Assembly (NCBI GenBank): GCA_050949415.1
Contig: JBMNFR010000015.1
Coordinates: forward strand, 549,093 to 613,092
DNA: 64,000 bases
From: Lentisphaeria bacterium
Lineage (GTDB): Bacteria > Verrucomicrobiota > Lentisphaeria > Oligosphaerales > Oligosphaeraceae
Reading direction: 5' to 3'
Part shown: one piece after another, positions 1-9,822 of the stretch
Position numbering within the stretch: position 1 is the stretch's first letter
Layout of the letters: every line of letters begins with the position of its first letter
Notes under the pieces: model-generated
The model's database searches: none
Told to the model about the DNA's origin: nothing
What the model saw: the letters and a program-made list of their open reading frames with translations, nothing else
Position numbers and translations under genes: made by a program

Positions 1-149
1 CGGAATGGTATCAATTCACCTTAGTCGCCAAAGCCCCGGCGGCCGCCCAGGCCGTCACCGTCCGAATCCATTCTTTCAATGCCGCCACCGGCGTCGCTGA
101 TCTTGATGACTTCACCCTCCTGGAACTGACCGCTGAAGAGGCAAAAACC

Positions 150-2501
150 ATGAGAACTACCTTCATCAGAACCAACAATCCCAAAGCCTTCCCTGCCTTC
201 GACCCAGACCGCGTCAAGGCAATCGCCGAGTGGCTGCCGACTCAGCCGACCGGCTTCGGCAAACCGGTCAGCGACCGCCAAGCCTGGGAAAAAATCGCCA
301 GCCAGCCAGGCGCCGCCAGGGTCATCGCCGAGGCCCGCAGAGAAGCAGCCAGCCCACCGCCAGAATTGCCGGACGAACTCTATCTCGAATTCACCCAGAA
401 TGGCAACCGCAACCGCTACGAAGCGCATTATGGCGTGAGGACGCGGCGCATCCTGACCTTCGCCAAAGCGGAAGGCTTCCTCAACCAGGGCGAATTCCTG
501 CCCGCCCTGGAAGCTGAACTAAGGGCTCTTTGCGCTGACCGCAGCTGGGTCATGCCGGCCCATGACGCCGGCCTGGAGAACTTCAACCGCACGCGCTATT
601 ACGGCGACCTCGGCGCTACGGCCCGCGCCCTGCTCGCCGCCACCGTCTCCTGGTGGTTCCAAGACCAGCTGCCTGCCGACCTACATGCCGACATCAAGGC
701 CAATATCATGCTCCGCGTCCTGGAGCCGTACCGCGAAGTCTTCCAGACAGGCGAGATCAAAAACGGCCTGTGGTGGATGACTACCTACAGCAACTGGAAC
801 GCCGTCTGCACAGCCAATACCGTCGCCACCGCCCTCACCGTCTGCGACTCGGCTGAAGAACGCGCCGAATTCGTCGCCGCCATGGAAATCTCCAACCCGC
901 TTTTCCTCGGCGGCTTCACCCCGGACGGCTATTGCAGCGAAGGCATCGGCTACTGGAATTACGGCTTTGGGCATTACCTCTACATGGCGGCTATGGTACG
1001 TCTCGCCACCGGCGGCAAACTCGACATCCTCGACCATCCTGTCGTGGAAAATGCCTGCGCCTACGCCAAGAACATTATGATTGACGAACGCGTAGCGCCG
1101 GCCTTTGCCGACTGCGGCGTGAACGCCAGGCCATCGACGACGATACTTTGGCTGATTCAAAACACCCACCCGCACACCCTGCGCCAACGCATAACCATTG
1201 AAGACACTTCCACCCTCGGCCTCCATGCCTTCGCCCTGATCGCCTTTGCGGAACCGACGGCAGCGGAAAACCTCCCCCCTGAAACGCCGACCATTGATCC
1301 GCGCCACCTGTTCGCTGACGGCAGCGTCTTCATCTGCCGTTCCCTGCACGGCGAGCAGACCTTTGGCGCTGCTATCAAGGGCGGTCATAATGCCGAAATG
1401 CACAACCACAACGACGTCGGCTCCTATCTCGTCGTCATCAACAACCACGCCTACCTGGTCGACCCCGGCGCCGAGCGATACACCCGCCGAACCTTCAGCA
1501 AAGACCGCTACGTCAGCAAAATCCTCAATTCTTACGGCCACCCTGTGCCGGTCGTCGCCGGCAAGCTGCAAAGCACTGGCCGCGCTGCCAAGGGCGTTTT
1601 CACCAAGACCGACTTCACCGATGCGCAGGACACCCTCGTCATCGACCTGGCCCAAGCGTATGACGTGCCAGAGCTGACTGCCCTCACCAGAACCTTTACC
1701 TTCTTCCGGACACGACCGGAAATCATCATCCGCGACGAGGTCTCCTTCGCATCCCCACAGACCTTCTCCACTGCGGTTGTGACCCTTGACAAACTGTTCA
1801 TCCGCAATCAACGCTCTCTGACCGTCTACGATGGCAACGGAGCCTGCGCTGTCGACATCGCCGTGACCGGCGCCGACTGGAGCCTGGACTCCGAAGTCAT
1901 TGAGAACCCCGGCGTCCGCAACGTCCCCACCCGCGTCGGCATCAACCTGACCACGCCGGTCACAGCCGCGACCGTGACCGTGACCATCAAGCCCACGCCA
2001 CTGAGCGACGACCTCCCAGGCTTCTATCGCGAACCTGACATGACCGGCCTCAACCCGGCTGTCAATGACGCCATCACCATCCAGGCGGAAAACATCGCCG
2101 AGGAAACCGGGGGCGCCGTTATCCGGGAGCCGAAAGTCGACAGCGACGAAGACGCCATCAAGTTCTGGGACAAGGCCGGCCACGCCCTGACCTGGGAGTT
2201 CACGGTTCCGGCTGATGGCCGCTACGCCCTCCTGGTCCGCGCCTGCCACTCCTTCGGAGACGGCGTCGCCCGCCACATCGCCGTGGACGGCGCCCCGCTC
2301 AACCAGGAAGACACCCCATTCCTCTTCCCCGGCACCGGCGGCTGGAGCACAAACGCAAACCAGTGGCGGGAAGTCTGGGTCGCCCACAACCGCAAAGCGC
2401 TGATCCTTGAACTCAAGGCAGGTCAACACCGCCTTACCATGACTAATGCCGACAACTGCGGCCTGAACCTCGATTGGCTCAAAATCGTGCCCCTGCCCTG
2501 A
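150..2501 (+). CDS. Heparinase II/III-like polysaccharide lyase with C-terminal CBM6/35-like carbohydrate-binding module
   Basis: 783-aa ORF. The HNHNDVGSY segment resembles the His-rich heparinase II/III core. The C-terminal ~130 aa looks like a beta-sandwich CBM (segments YALLVRA, GQHRLTMTNADNCGLNLDWLKI). The reading frame is open upstream to the window edge at position 3, so the true start may lie outside the window. Confidence 0.65.
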   Translation: MRTTFIRTNNPKAFPAFDPDRVKAIAEWLPTQPTGFGKPVSDRQAWEKIASQPGAARVIAEARREAASPPPELPDELYLEFTQNGNRNRYEAHYGVRTRRILTFAKAEGFLNQGEFLPALEAELRALCADRSWVMPAHDAGLENFNRTRYYGDLGATARALLAATVSWWFQDQLPADLHADIKANIMLRVLEPYREVFQTGEIKNGLWWMTTYSNWNAVCTANTVATALTVCDSAEERAEFVAAMEISNPLFLGGFTPDGYCSEGIGYWNYGFGHYLYMAAMVRLATGGKLDILDHPVVENACAYAKNIMIDERVAPAFADCGVNARPSTTILWLIQNTHPHTLRQRITIEDTSTLGLHAFALIAFAEPTAAENLPPETPTIDPRHLFADGSVFICRSLHGEQTFGAAIKGGHNAEMHNHNDVGSYLVVINNHAYLVDPGAERYTRRTFSKDRYVSKILNSYGHPVPVVAGKLQSTGRAAKGVFTKTDFTDAQDTLVIDLAQAYDVPELTALTRTFTFFRTRPEIIIRDEVSFASPQTFSTAVVTLDKLFIRNQRSLTVYDGNGACAVDIAVTGADWSLDSEVIENPGVRNVPTRVGINLTTPVTAATVTVTIKPTPLSDDLPGFYREPDMTGLNPAVNDAITIQAENIAEETGGAVIREPKVDSDEDAIKFWDKAGHALTWEFTVPADGRYALLVRACHSFGDGVARHIAVDGAPLNQEDTPFLFPGTGGWSTNANQWREVWVAHNRKALILELKAGQHRLTMTNADNCGLNLDWLKIVPLP

Positions 2502-3346
2502 ATGCCGAGGCAACGCCGCCAGCATCATCCACCTACCAACACATCATCGCGTTTATGATCAATTGCGCCATCCGTATCGACGACTCGCGTTGGCAAGATT
2601 GGCTGCAAGCCTTGACAGCCAGCCAACGCTTAGACGGCTTTGAATGTGACGCCGGCAACTTCAACAGCCAGGCTTTTGTCAGCGCCGTCACCAAGCACAA
2701 TCTGCATTGCCTGCACGCCCGCGACCTCCTCCCCGGCGACTCTGTCGCCATCCTCACCCACGCCGTGGAACACGACGCCATGGGTGCACTCCGGCGCAAT
2801 ATCTTCGACGCTATGGTCTACGCCGCGCCAGCCGAAACCGCTGTGTTCAGCCTCCAGCTCCGGCTCGACCGCTGCGCAGAAGCCGACTTTCCGGCGCAAT
2901 CCCTGCGCCTGGCCAGCTTTCTCCAGTCTCTGCTTGACGCTCCCCTGGACACGCCCTACGCCATTGCCATCCAAGTGCGCCAGCCGCCGCCTTTCCCCCA
3001 ATCCCTGGAATGGCAGCGCGCCATTGATATCTGCGGCATCGCCAACTCCAATCGCATCGGCCTCTGCCTCCATTTCCACCCAGATGACTTCACCGCCGCC
3101 CCCAGGTTGTCACCAGCACAAATTTTGGCCGAATGTGCAGACAAACTCCGCGCCATCTGCTTCCACTACAACCCACTGGCCGGCGAAACCCTGTTTGACG
3201 ATGAACAGCAGGAATGGGCCGCCCTCCTCTTGCAGCAACACTACAATGGCCTCGTCACCTTCTGCCCTGAAGTCAATGCATCCACCAACCCTGCCGACCT
3301 CTGCGAAGACGCCGAGTCCTGGGCTGACTTCTACCGCGCCAGCTGA
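2474..3346 (+). CDS. hypothetical protein
   Basis: 290-aa ORF with protein-like composition and no recognisable motifs. It overlaps the end of the upstream lyase gene by 28 nt; an alternative start at 2552 (MINCAIR) is possible. Confidence 0.4.
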   Translation: MAQNRAPALNAEATPPASSTYQHIIAFMINCAIRIDDSRWQDWLQALTASQRLDGFECDAGNFNSQAFVSAVTKHNLHCLHARDLLPGDSVAILTHAVEHDAMGALRRNIFDAMVYAAPAETAVFSLQLRLDRCAEADFPAQSLRLASFLQSLLDAPLDTPYAIAIQVRQPPPFPQSLEWQRAIDICGIANSNRIGLCLHFHPDDFTAAPRLSPAQILAECADKLRAICFHYNPLAGETLFDDEQQEWAALLLQQHYNGLVTFCPEVNASTNPADLCEDAESWADFYRAS

Positions 3347-3394
3347 ATCCACACCGCCCAACCACTCGACCGCACTTGCTAAAAATACGTTATT

Positions 3395-3720
3395 GTACTG
3401 CTATCGACCAACTTCTTGTTTTTTGGGAAAGATTTTCTGCAAAGCGGCGTTTATGTGTCACCCCTGGCGGGGCTCAAAATTGTTATACGCCTCACCCAGG
3501 GCTTCGCCGAGCCGCCAGGCACGGCGAAGCCCTGGGTGAAATGGCATAGATTTGGAGCCCTGTAAGGGAGACACATAAATTAGGTTGTGGACGCTATGTC
3601 CACCCTATGCAAAATCTTGTGATGATTGCTTGCATGCCTTGTTGCAAGCACGCATGACAAGACTTCACACAATAAAAATAAATTTCCGTGTATTCTGTGT
3701 GTTCAGTGGTTATCAAATAA
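3395..3720. repeat. Family-1 intergenic element: long imperfect hairpin (about 3450-3590) plus a conserved tail motif aaatttccgtgtattc..ttcagtggtta
   Basis: The arms tttatgtgtcacccctggcggggctcaaaa...cctcacccagggcttcgcc and its reverse complement flank a short loop. A related copy lies at 16475-16800 and a partial inverted copy at 33040-33135. Confidence 0.6.
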
Positions 3721-3729
3721 GGCCATGCC

Positions 3730-4521
3730 ATGCCAGACAAAATCCAGCTTTCCGCCCCTATACTGCGTAACCAGCGGATTCAAAAAGACTACTATCAACT
3801 TGACCTAGACGCAGCGCCCATTGCCAAACTGGCCAAGCCAGGGCAATTCGTCCACGTCCAGTTCCCTGAATTGCAGCACCGCATTCTCCGTCGTCCCTTC
3901 AGCATCTTCAATGTCGACCTTGAATCCGGACGCCTGAGCATCATCTATAAGATTGTTGGCGAAGGCACGGAACACTTGAGCAAGCTGGCGCCTGGCGACG
4001 TCCTGAACCTGCTCGGACCGCTCGGCAACGGCTATACCCTGTTCCCGAAAAACCAGAAAGGCATCATCGTCGCGGGCGGCTACGGCAGCGCCGCGACCTA
4101 CCTATTGGCCAAAAGCGCCCCGGTTCCGCCGATCATTCTCATTGGCGGACGCAGTGCGGACGATATCCTCCTCCAGGAAGACTTCAAACGCCTGGGCTGC
4201 GAATTGAAAATAGCAACCAACGACGGCTCGGCCGGGCATCAAGGCATGGTGACTGAACTGCTGACCGAAGCCATCGCCAAGGTCAGCAACCCGCCCATCG
4301 CCGCTTGCGGCCCCAACCCAATGCTCAAAGCAGTCAGCAAAATCGTCGAAAAAAATGGCATCGACGCTGAAATCAGCCTCGACCACGTCATGTGCTGCGG
4401 CGTTGGCGCCTGCTTCGCCTGTGTCGTCAAACGCAAAGCTGACACCCCTGAGGGATGGGCCTACTCCCGCGCCTGCGTTGACGGGCCGGTCTACAAAGCC
4501 TCAGAAATCTGGTGGGATTGA
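3730..4521 (+). CDS. pyrK: PyrK-like FAD/NAD(P)-binding oxidoreductase with C-terminal 2Fe-2S cluster (dihydroorotate dehydrogenase electron-transfer subunit family)
   Basis: 263 aa. It has a ferredoxin-reductase-type FAD/NAD fold and the C-terminal cluster motif CCGVGACFACV. No pyrD is adjacent, so the physiological partner is unknown. Confidence 0.7.
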   Translation: MPDKIQLSAPILRNQRIQKDYYQLDLDAAPIAKLAKPGQFVHVQFPELQHRILRRPFSIFNVDLESGRLSIIYKIVGEGTEHLSKLAPGDVLNLLGPLGNGYTLFPKNQKGIIVAGGYGSAATYLLAKSAPVPPIILIGGRSADDILLQEDFKRLGCELKIATNDGSAGHQGMVTELLTEAIAKVSNPPIAACGPNPMLKAVSKIVEKNGIDAEISLDHVMCCGVGACFACVVKRKADTPEGWAYSRACVDGPVYKASEIWWD

Positions 4522-4598
4522 ACCGGCAAGACGAAGGACGCCAAGAAAAAGAGTCTTGGCGTCCTTGGTGTTCTTTGGCGGTTGGTGGCTCTCTTACG

Positions 4599-5783
4599 TC
4601 AATTGCTGCCGTCCAGCCAGGCTTGGAAATACGCCAGGTTGGCCGGATCGACTGGCGGGATGTCAAACGGCTGACCGCCGGAGCGCAGGGACTCAGCGCC
4701 ATAGCAGCCCGCCGCCACGCTGTTGCGCGCTGCCACCGCCGACGTCGTAATCTTGCCGCCATCACGCACAAAGCGGACGAATTCGGCGACAATCGCCGGG
4801 TCAGCGCCACCGTGCCCGCCGCTGACTTCAGGAATAAAATACTGCTCATCGCCGTATGGATTGTAGCTGCAGCGGCGATTCCACACCCGCACCACACAGC
4901 GACCTGGCGAGTCACCGAAATTCTCAACCCTGCCTTCGGTGCCGATGATGGTATAGTTACGCCAGCCATCGGGGGTGTAGTGGCATTGCTGGTAGGAGCA
5001 GAGCACCTCATTGTCAAGCTGCATGGTAATCATGCTCAAGTCTTCGACATCAATAATCGGGTTCATGCCCTTCTGGCTGAGCGGCGGCCAATTGCTCAGA
5101 TGCCAAGACGCGTCGCCGCGCTCTGAGGGGTCATGGCGATCCGTGATCTGATTGTAGACGGTCAGGTTACCGAAGCCGATGACGCGCTTCGTGTAGCCGT
5201 GGCAGAGCCAATGCAGGATATCGATGTCATGCGCGCCCTTCTGCAGCAGCATGCTGGTCGCCTTGCTCTGCTCGGCATGCCAATCCTTGAAATAGGCGTC
5301 GCCGCCATAGGCCACGAAATGCCGGCACCAACCAGCCTTGACCTCGCCAATCCCGCCGCTGTCAATAATTTCCTTCATCTTGCGCACAAAAGACATGTGG
5401 CGCATATTGTGCCCCACATATAGCTTCAGGCCCTTTTCGCGCGCTTTGGTCAGCACCCGGTCAGCGCCCGGCACTGTAATCGCCATCGGCTTCTCCAGGT
5501 ACACATGCTTGCCTGCCTCCAACGCCGCCAAGGCATGTTCTTCATGCCAATAGTCCGGCGTGCAGACGAAAACCGCGTCAATGCCAGGCTGCGCCAGCAG
5601 ATCGCGATAGTCATTGCAAACAAAGGCATCTTCGCCATGATTAGCCTGAAATTCATCCAGGGCGACCTGCCGGATATCGCATCCAGCGACCAGGCGCGAA
5701 CCCTCGCCAGGCTTGTGAGCATGACGCGCCAACCGACCACGGCCACCACAGCCAATCACACCAATGCGTAAATCTTCCGCCAT
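4599..5783 (-). CDS. Gfo/Idh/MocA family oxidoreductase
   Basis: 394 aa. N-terminal Rossmann motif IGVIGCGGRG and an EKP motif (YLEKPMA) typical of the family. Confidence 0.85.
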   Translation of the reverse strand: MAEDLRIGVIGCGGRGRLARHAHKPGEGSRLVAGCDIRQVALDEFQANHGEDAFVCNDYRDLLAQPGIDAVFVCTPDYWHEEHALAALEAGKHVYLEKPMAITVPGADRVLTKAREKGLKLYVGHNMRHMSFVRKMKEIIDSGGIGEVKAGWCRHFVAYGGDAYFKDWHAEQSKATSMLLQKGAHDIDILHWLCHGYTKRVIGFGNLTVYNQITDRHDPSERGDASWHLSNWPPLSQKGMNPIIDVEDLSMITMQLDNEVLCSYQQCHYTPDGWRNYTIIGTEGRVENFGDSPGRCVVRVWNRRCSYNPYGDEQYFIPEVSGGHGGADPAIVAEFVRFVRDGGKITTSAVAARNSVAAGCYGAESLRSGGQPFDIPPVDPANLAYFQAWLDGSN

Positions 5784-5842
5784 CTCAACTTCGTCCTTTC
5801 TCTATGACACACTCATATAACGCGCCCTGGCGCACTTTCTCG

Positions 5843-7117
5843 TTAAAACTTCGATTTCACCACAACCACATTGCTGGTTCCGGCGCAGTACCACTTACCG
5901 TCTGCGTCCTGCTCGTCAAAAGCTGCCAAGTAGGCCATGACTGTTCCCTCCGGCAAAACGGCTGCGATTTCGTTGTTGCGGACGGTCGCTGCCGCTGTCT
6001 TCCAGGGCCGCTTGCACAAGGGGCCGTCATCCGTCGTAAAGCACAGCTGCGCCAGTTTGATGCCTTTGCCGACACCTTCCACTGGCGCTGCCAGCACATT
6101 CCCTTCCCTCACTGTCGCCCGACCCAACACCGGCAGCGGCGTGCCGCCGCGCAGAACCGCGTCCACGATCCGGAATGTCGGCGACAGCTGATAGCCGACA
6201 TGGGAATGTGGCAGGTTGATGATCAGCGTCCGGTTGGCCGTCGTCGGCGCCGTATCCCAGGAACGCTGCATCGCCGGAATCAGGAAATTAAGGTCGTTGG
6301 TGCCTGCAAACCAGTAGAGCGGCACTTTCGCTCCGGCCAGGTAATGCCCCGGGTCCCAGCTAATCCCCGACCATTTGCAAAAGCTTGAACTGCCGTCGCC
6401 TTCGCCGAAAAAGCCATGACCGTACACTGGCACCACAAACTTAAGACGGTCGTCTATACAGGCGACGACTGACGAAAACACACTCCCCCAAGAAATGCCA
6501 ATCGCGCCTGTCCGGGCCGGATTCACTTTAGGCAACGACAGCAGCAGCGAATGCGCCCGGACAATGTCGCCGATGTTCTTGTGCACCTGGTCTGGATTCG
6601 GGCCAAACTCAGGACGGCTCGAGCCATACAGCAGAATGCGGTCACGGCTCGGGTCAGCCACTCGCGGCCGGGAGTTGTACAAATCCATCGTAATCGCTGC
6701 GTAACCGCGACTGTTCCATAATTTCATGTAGGAGGGATACGCCGTACCGCCGCCGCCATGCACCAGCACCACCCCGGGAAAACCGCCAGGCGGAACCGGC
6801 CCGTCCGGATAACCGATGTACGCGAAAACCGGCTTGCGCACGCCGTCAATAAGCATGCCTTCATACAAAATCGACTCCAAGCCGTCGCAATTGCTCTCCT
6901 CAAGATGTGCGGCCGACTGATACTGCGGCGTCTGAAACAGGTCAGCCACATCCCAGTATTTCGACACCGGGAACTCGGGCACCTCTACCGGCGGGCGCAA
7001 ACCATTGTATGTCTTCGGCAACTCCATGACAACTCCTTTAGCTCGGCTAGACCCAGCCGGCGCTGGCGTACCTGACCAAGCGACCACCGGCAAAACGCAC
7101 AGCAGCAACCAAGCCAT
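5843..7117 (-). CDS. Secreted alpha/beta-hydrolase-fold esterase (acetyl-xylan-esterase / dienelactone-hydrolase-like)
   Basis: Nucleophile elbow GISWGS (GxSxG) and motif HGGGG. The ORF track extends to 7252, but a signal-peptide-like MAWLLLCVLPVVAWSG suggests the real start is near 7117. Confidence 0.65.
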   Translation of the reverse strand: MAWLLLCVLPVVAWSGTPAPAGSSRAKGVVMELPKTYNGLRPPVEVPEFPVSKYWDVADLFQTPQYQSAAHLEESNCDGLESILYEGMLIDGVRKPVFAYIGYPDGPVPPGGFPGVVLVHGGGGTAYPSYMKLWNSRGYAAITMDLYNSRPRVADPSRDRILLYGSSRPEFGPNPDQVHKNIGDIVRAHSLLLSLPKVNPARTGAIGISWGSVFSSVVACIDDRLKFVVPVYGHGFFGEGDGSSSFCKWSGISWDPGHYLAGAKVPLYWFAGTNDLNFLIPAMQRSWDTAPTTANRTLIINLPHSHVGYQLSPTFRIVDAVLRGGTPLPVLGRATVREGNVLAAPVEGVGKGIKLAQLCFTTDDGPLCKRPWKTAAATVRNNEIAAVLPEGTVMAYLAAFDEQDADGKWYCAGTSNVVVVKSKF

Positions 7118-7219
7118 CCAGCGCAGGCAACGACCAGCGCGAAGGACATTAGGTAAAACAGACGATGTAAGTGATGTAAGCACAGCAACAAAGAGGATGA
7201 TTGTATGCAGTTCAGGCCG

Positions 7220-7370
7220 TATGTACCTCGCTTGCACGAGCATGTAGTTCAAACTTTAGTTTGCTGTATGTCCCGCAGGCTTTAGCCTGCTTACATCTCA
7301 CGTATCTCGCATGTAGTTCAAACTTCAGCTTGCAGTATGTACCTCGCTTGCAGGAGCATATATTTCAAGC
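7220..7370. repeat. Tandem hairpin repeats, unit about 25-32 bp (catgtagttcaagctttagcttgc...)
   Basis: Near-palindromic unit caagctttagcttg repeated with variants. The same family forms a larger array at 39760-40095, sharing the sub-motifs gtcccgcaggctttagcctgc and cctcgcttgcacgagcatgtagttcaagc. Confidence 0.7.
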
Positions 7371-7405
7371 ACACCCTTCTCGCCCCTCGCCCCTCGCCCC
7401 TCGCC
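7369..7405. repeat. (GCCCCTC)4 heptamer array followed by an A7 run; (GGGGCGA)n G-quadruplex motif on the minus strand
   Basis: Direct reading: cgcccctcgcccctcgcccctcgcccctaaaaaaagccc. It lies between the lctD-like stop and the esterase start. Confidence 0.8.
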
Positions 7406-7420
7406 CCTAAAAAAAGCCCT

Positions 7421-8842
7421 TCAGACCGTGAATATCTTACCTGGGTTCATAATATTATTCGGGTCCAACGCCCGCTTTATCGACCGCAGCACATTAAGAT
7501 ACGTCTCGGAAACGACGGTGGACATATACGACAGCCGTTTGCAGCCGATGCCATGCTCGCCGGAAATGCGTCCGCCCTGCTGCGCCACCAGCGCATACAA
7601 ATCATTCAGGATTTTCGGCAGCGTCTCTTCCCAGCGCTCGTCGCTCCAGCTATCCGGCGCGCTGACCCGACTATGCAGATTGCCATCGCCGGCATGACCG
7701 TAGCACGGTATGGTCACGCCGTATTTCTCAGCCAACTCCTGGAACTGCTCCACCACCAGGGCGATGCTTGCTGGCGGCACCACAATGTCCTCGCCTGACT
7801 GCCGTGGGAAATACAGGCTGAACGCCTCAGCCACGTTGCGCCGAATCTTCCAAATCCGCTCTGAATTGGCTGGCGTGTCCGCCACATAAACCACGCTCGC
7901 GCCGTGCTTCTCCAGGAACGTCCCCAGCGCCTCGCAGTCATCCGCCATCTTCTCCGGGTCATTGCCGTCAACCGACACCAGCAGCATTGCTCCGGCGTCC
8001 TGGTACGGCAGCGTCTCGTTCAAATATTCGCAAGCGGAACGGAACGACTCCTGGTCCATATACTCGACGGAGGTCGGCGTAATGCCGGATTCGACCATGG
8101 TTGCCGGCACGGCCTCAATCGCAGTCCGGCTATCCGAGAATAAAGCCAGCAGGTCGTACTGGTACTTTGGCAGCGGGATCACCTTCAGGATGACCTTGGT
8201 GAAAATGCCGAGCGTGCCTTCCGAACCGGTCATCAACGGCAGCAGATTGTAGCCGGTCACGTCTTTTAAAAGCTTGCCGCCAAGCTCCATGACCTCGCCA
8301 GACGGCAACACCACTTCCAGACCAAGGACATACCGGGACGTGACACCGTACTTGATCGCCTTGCCGCCGCCAGCGTTCTCTGCCACGTTGCCGCCGATGT
8401 AGCACGTCTCCATGCTCATCGGATAACCGGCGTAAAACAATTCATGCGGATGCAGGTACTCGTTGATGTCGTTGGCGATCACGCCGGGCTCGACGACGAT
8501 CATCATGTTCTGCTTGTCCAACTCCAGGATTTGGTTCATCCGGTCGGTCGCGACCACGATCCCGCCGAACACCGGCACCGCTCCGCCTGAGAGGCCGGAG
8601 CCGGCGCCGCGCGGCGTCACTGGGATGCGCTCAGCATTCGCCAACTTCATGATCTCAGACACCTCAGCCGTCGTCTGCGGCCGCACCACTACCTCCGGCA
8701 TCCGCCGATAATGATGGCCGGGAATCTCGTCCCGCGAATACGGCTCCAAGCGTTCTTCGTCTCGGTAAATCACATAATTCTTGCCGCAGATCGCTTCCAG
8801 TCGAGCCGCGATCTCCGGAGTCACAGGCGCATATCCACTCAC
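7421..8842 (-). CDS. FAD-binding oxidase, GlcD / D-lactate dehydrogenase family (LctD-like)
   Basis: 473 aa. FAD-binding PCMH domain (segment RGAGSGLSGGAVP) and a C-terminal FAD-linked oxidase domain. It is last in an operon with etfB and etfA. Confidence 0.8.
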   Translation of the reverse strand: MSGYAPVTPEIAARLEAICGKNYVIYRDEERLEPYSRDEIPGHHYRRMPEVVVRPQTTAEVSEIMKLANAERIPVTPRGAGSGLSGGAVPVFGGIVVATDRMNQILELDKQNMMIVVEPGVIANDINEYLHPHELFYAGYPMSMETCYIGGNVAENAGGGKAIKYGVTSRYVLGLEVVLPSGEVMELGGKLLKDVTGYNLLPLMTGSEGTLGIFTKVILKVIPLPKYQYDLLALFSDSRTAIEAVPATMVESGITPTSVEYMDQESFRSACEYLNETLPYQDAGAMLLVSVDGNDPEKMADDCEALGTFLEKHGASVVYVADTPANSERIWKIRRNVAEAFSLYFPRQSGEDIVVPPASIALVVEQFQELAEKYGVTIPCYGHAGDGNLHSRVSAPDSWSDERWEETLPKILNDLYALVAQQGGRISGEHGIGCKRLSYMSTVVSETYLNVLRSIKRALDPNNIMNPGKIFTV

Positions 8843-9822
8843 AAGGCACCTCCCGCACGCAAACGCGCATTCAAAGCTGGCACGACCTCCAGCAAATCAC
8901 CCACAATGCCGACGTCGGCCAAGGAAAAAATTTGCGCTTCGCTGTCTGTATTGACGGCCACAATCCGCTTCGACGTCTGCATGCCGGCCAAATGCTGAAT
9001 AGCGCCGGAGACGCCGACGCCGACATAGAGTTCCGGCGTAATCGTCCGCCCCGAAAGTCCAATCTGGCAGCTATATGGCAGCCAGCCCCGGTCAACGACT
9101 TCGCGGGTGGCGCCGATGGCCGCGCCCAGAAGCTGCGCCAATTCGCGCACCATGCCGAGGTTCTCCGGTTTCTTAATGCCTCGACCGACCACGACAACGC
9201 GCTCTGCCGAAGACAGCTCCTGCGTTTCATCAATTGGCGTGAATGACAGCTCGGTCAAGCCGGACTGCTGCCAGGCTGGCAGCGCTTCGCGCCGATGCAG
9301 CCGACCGCGTCGACCGGCTTGAGGCGTGGCTGGCCGCGTCGAACGCGGTCGGATAGTAGCCATCTGCGGACGATGATGCGGGGTCTTAATCGTCGCCATG
9401 ATATTACCGCCGATGGCTGGCCGCGTCTGCAACAAAAGTCCGCTGCCTTCTTCGATGCTGAGCTCTGTGCAATCGGCTGTCAGCCCGGTGTGCATTTTCA
9501 TAGCTGCGTAGGGCAGCCAAGTCCGCCCCGTGCTGGTAGCGCCGCCGAGCACAATCTCGGGCTTGAATTCCGCCACCATGGCCTGCAAGGCCGCAGTGTA
9601 CGGCTCGGGGCGGAATCGCTCCAGCCAGGGCGCCTCGTACGCTATGATCTCATCGGCGCCAGCAGCGCCGAGCTTTTCATATTCCTCTTCCGGGACGCCG
9701 CCACTGACCACCAGAGCGCCGATTTCGCCCGGTGACGCCAGGCCCAGCGCCCGCGTCAACAATTCGTAAGTCACCGGCAGAATCCGATGATGCGCGACTT
9801 CCGCCAATACGCAGACTTTCAT
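8839..9822 (-). CDS. etfA: Electron transfer flavoprotein alpha subunit
   Basis: 327 aa with the characteristic EtfA C-terminal FAD domain (PELYVGVGVSGAIQHLAGM). A 4-nt overlap with the downstream gene indicates translational coupling. Confidence 0.85.
   Translation of the reverse strand: MKVCVLAEVAHHRILPVTYELLTRALGLASPGEIGALVVSGGVPEEEYEKLGAAGADEIIAYEAPWLERFRPEPYTAALQAMVAEFKPEIVLGGATSTGRTWLPYAAMKMHTGLTADCTELSIEEGSGLLLQTRPAIGGNIMATIKTPHHRPQMATIRPRSTRPATPQAGRRGRLHRREALPAWQQSGLTELSFTPIDETQELSSAERVVVVGRGIKKPENLGMVRELAQLLGAAIGATREVVDRGWLPYSCQIGLSGRTITPELYVGVGVSGAIQHLAGMQTSKRIVAVNTDSEAQIFSLADVGIVGDLLEVVPALNARLRAGGAL

Noticed and set aside
681-2528. 615-aa ORF on the minus strand, antisense to the lyase gene. 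Similar long antisense ORFs occur at 31781-32992, 36448-37332, 43137-43847 and 62806-63702.
   Set aside because: These are typical high-GC antisense or alternate-frame artefacts. They have low-complexity G/A/R/V-rich translations and no motifs, and they fully overlap better-supported genes.
2640-3539. 299-aa Ser/Pro/Thr-rich plus-strand ORF overlapping 2474-3346
   Set aside because: It is an alternate frame of the same region with a low-complexity translation. The 2474-3346 frame is more protein-like, although itself only hypothetical.
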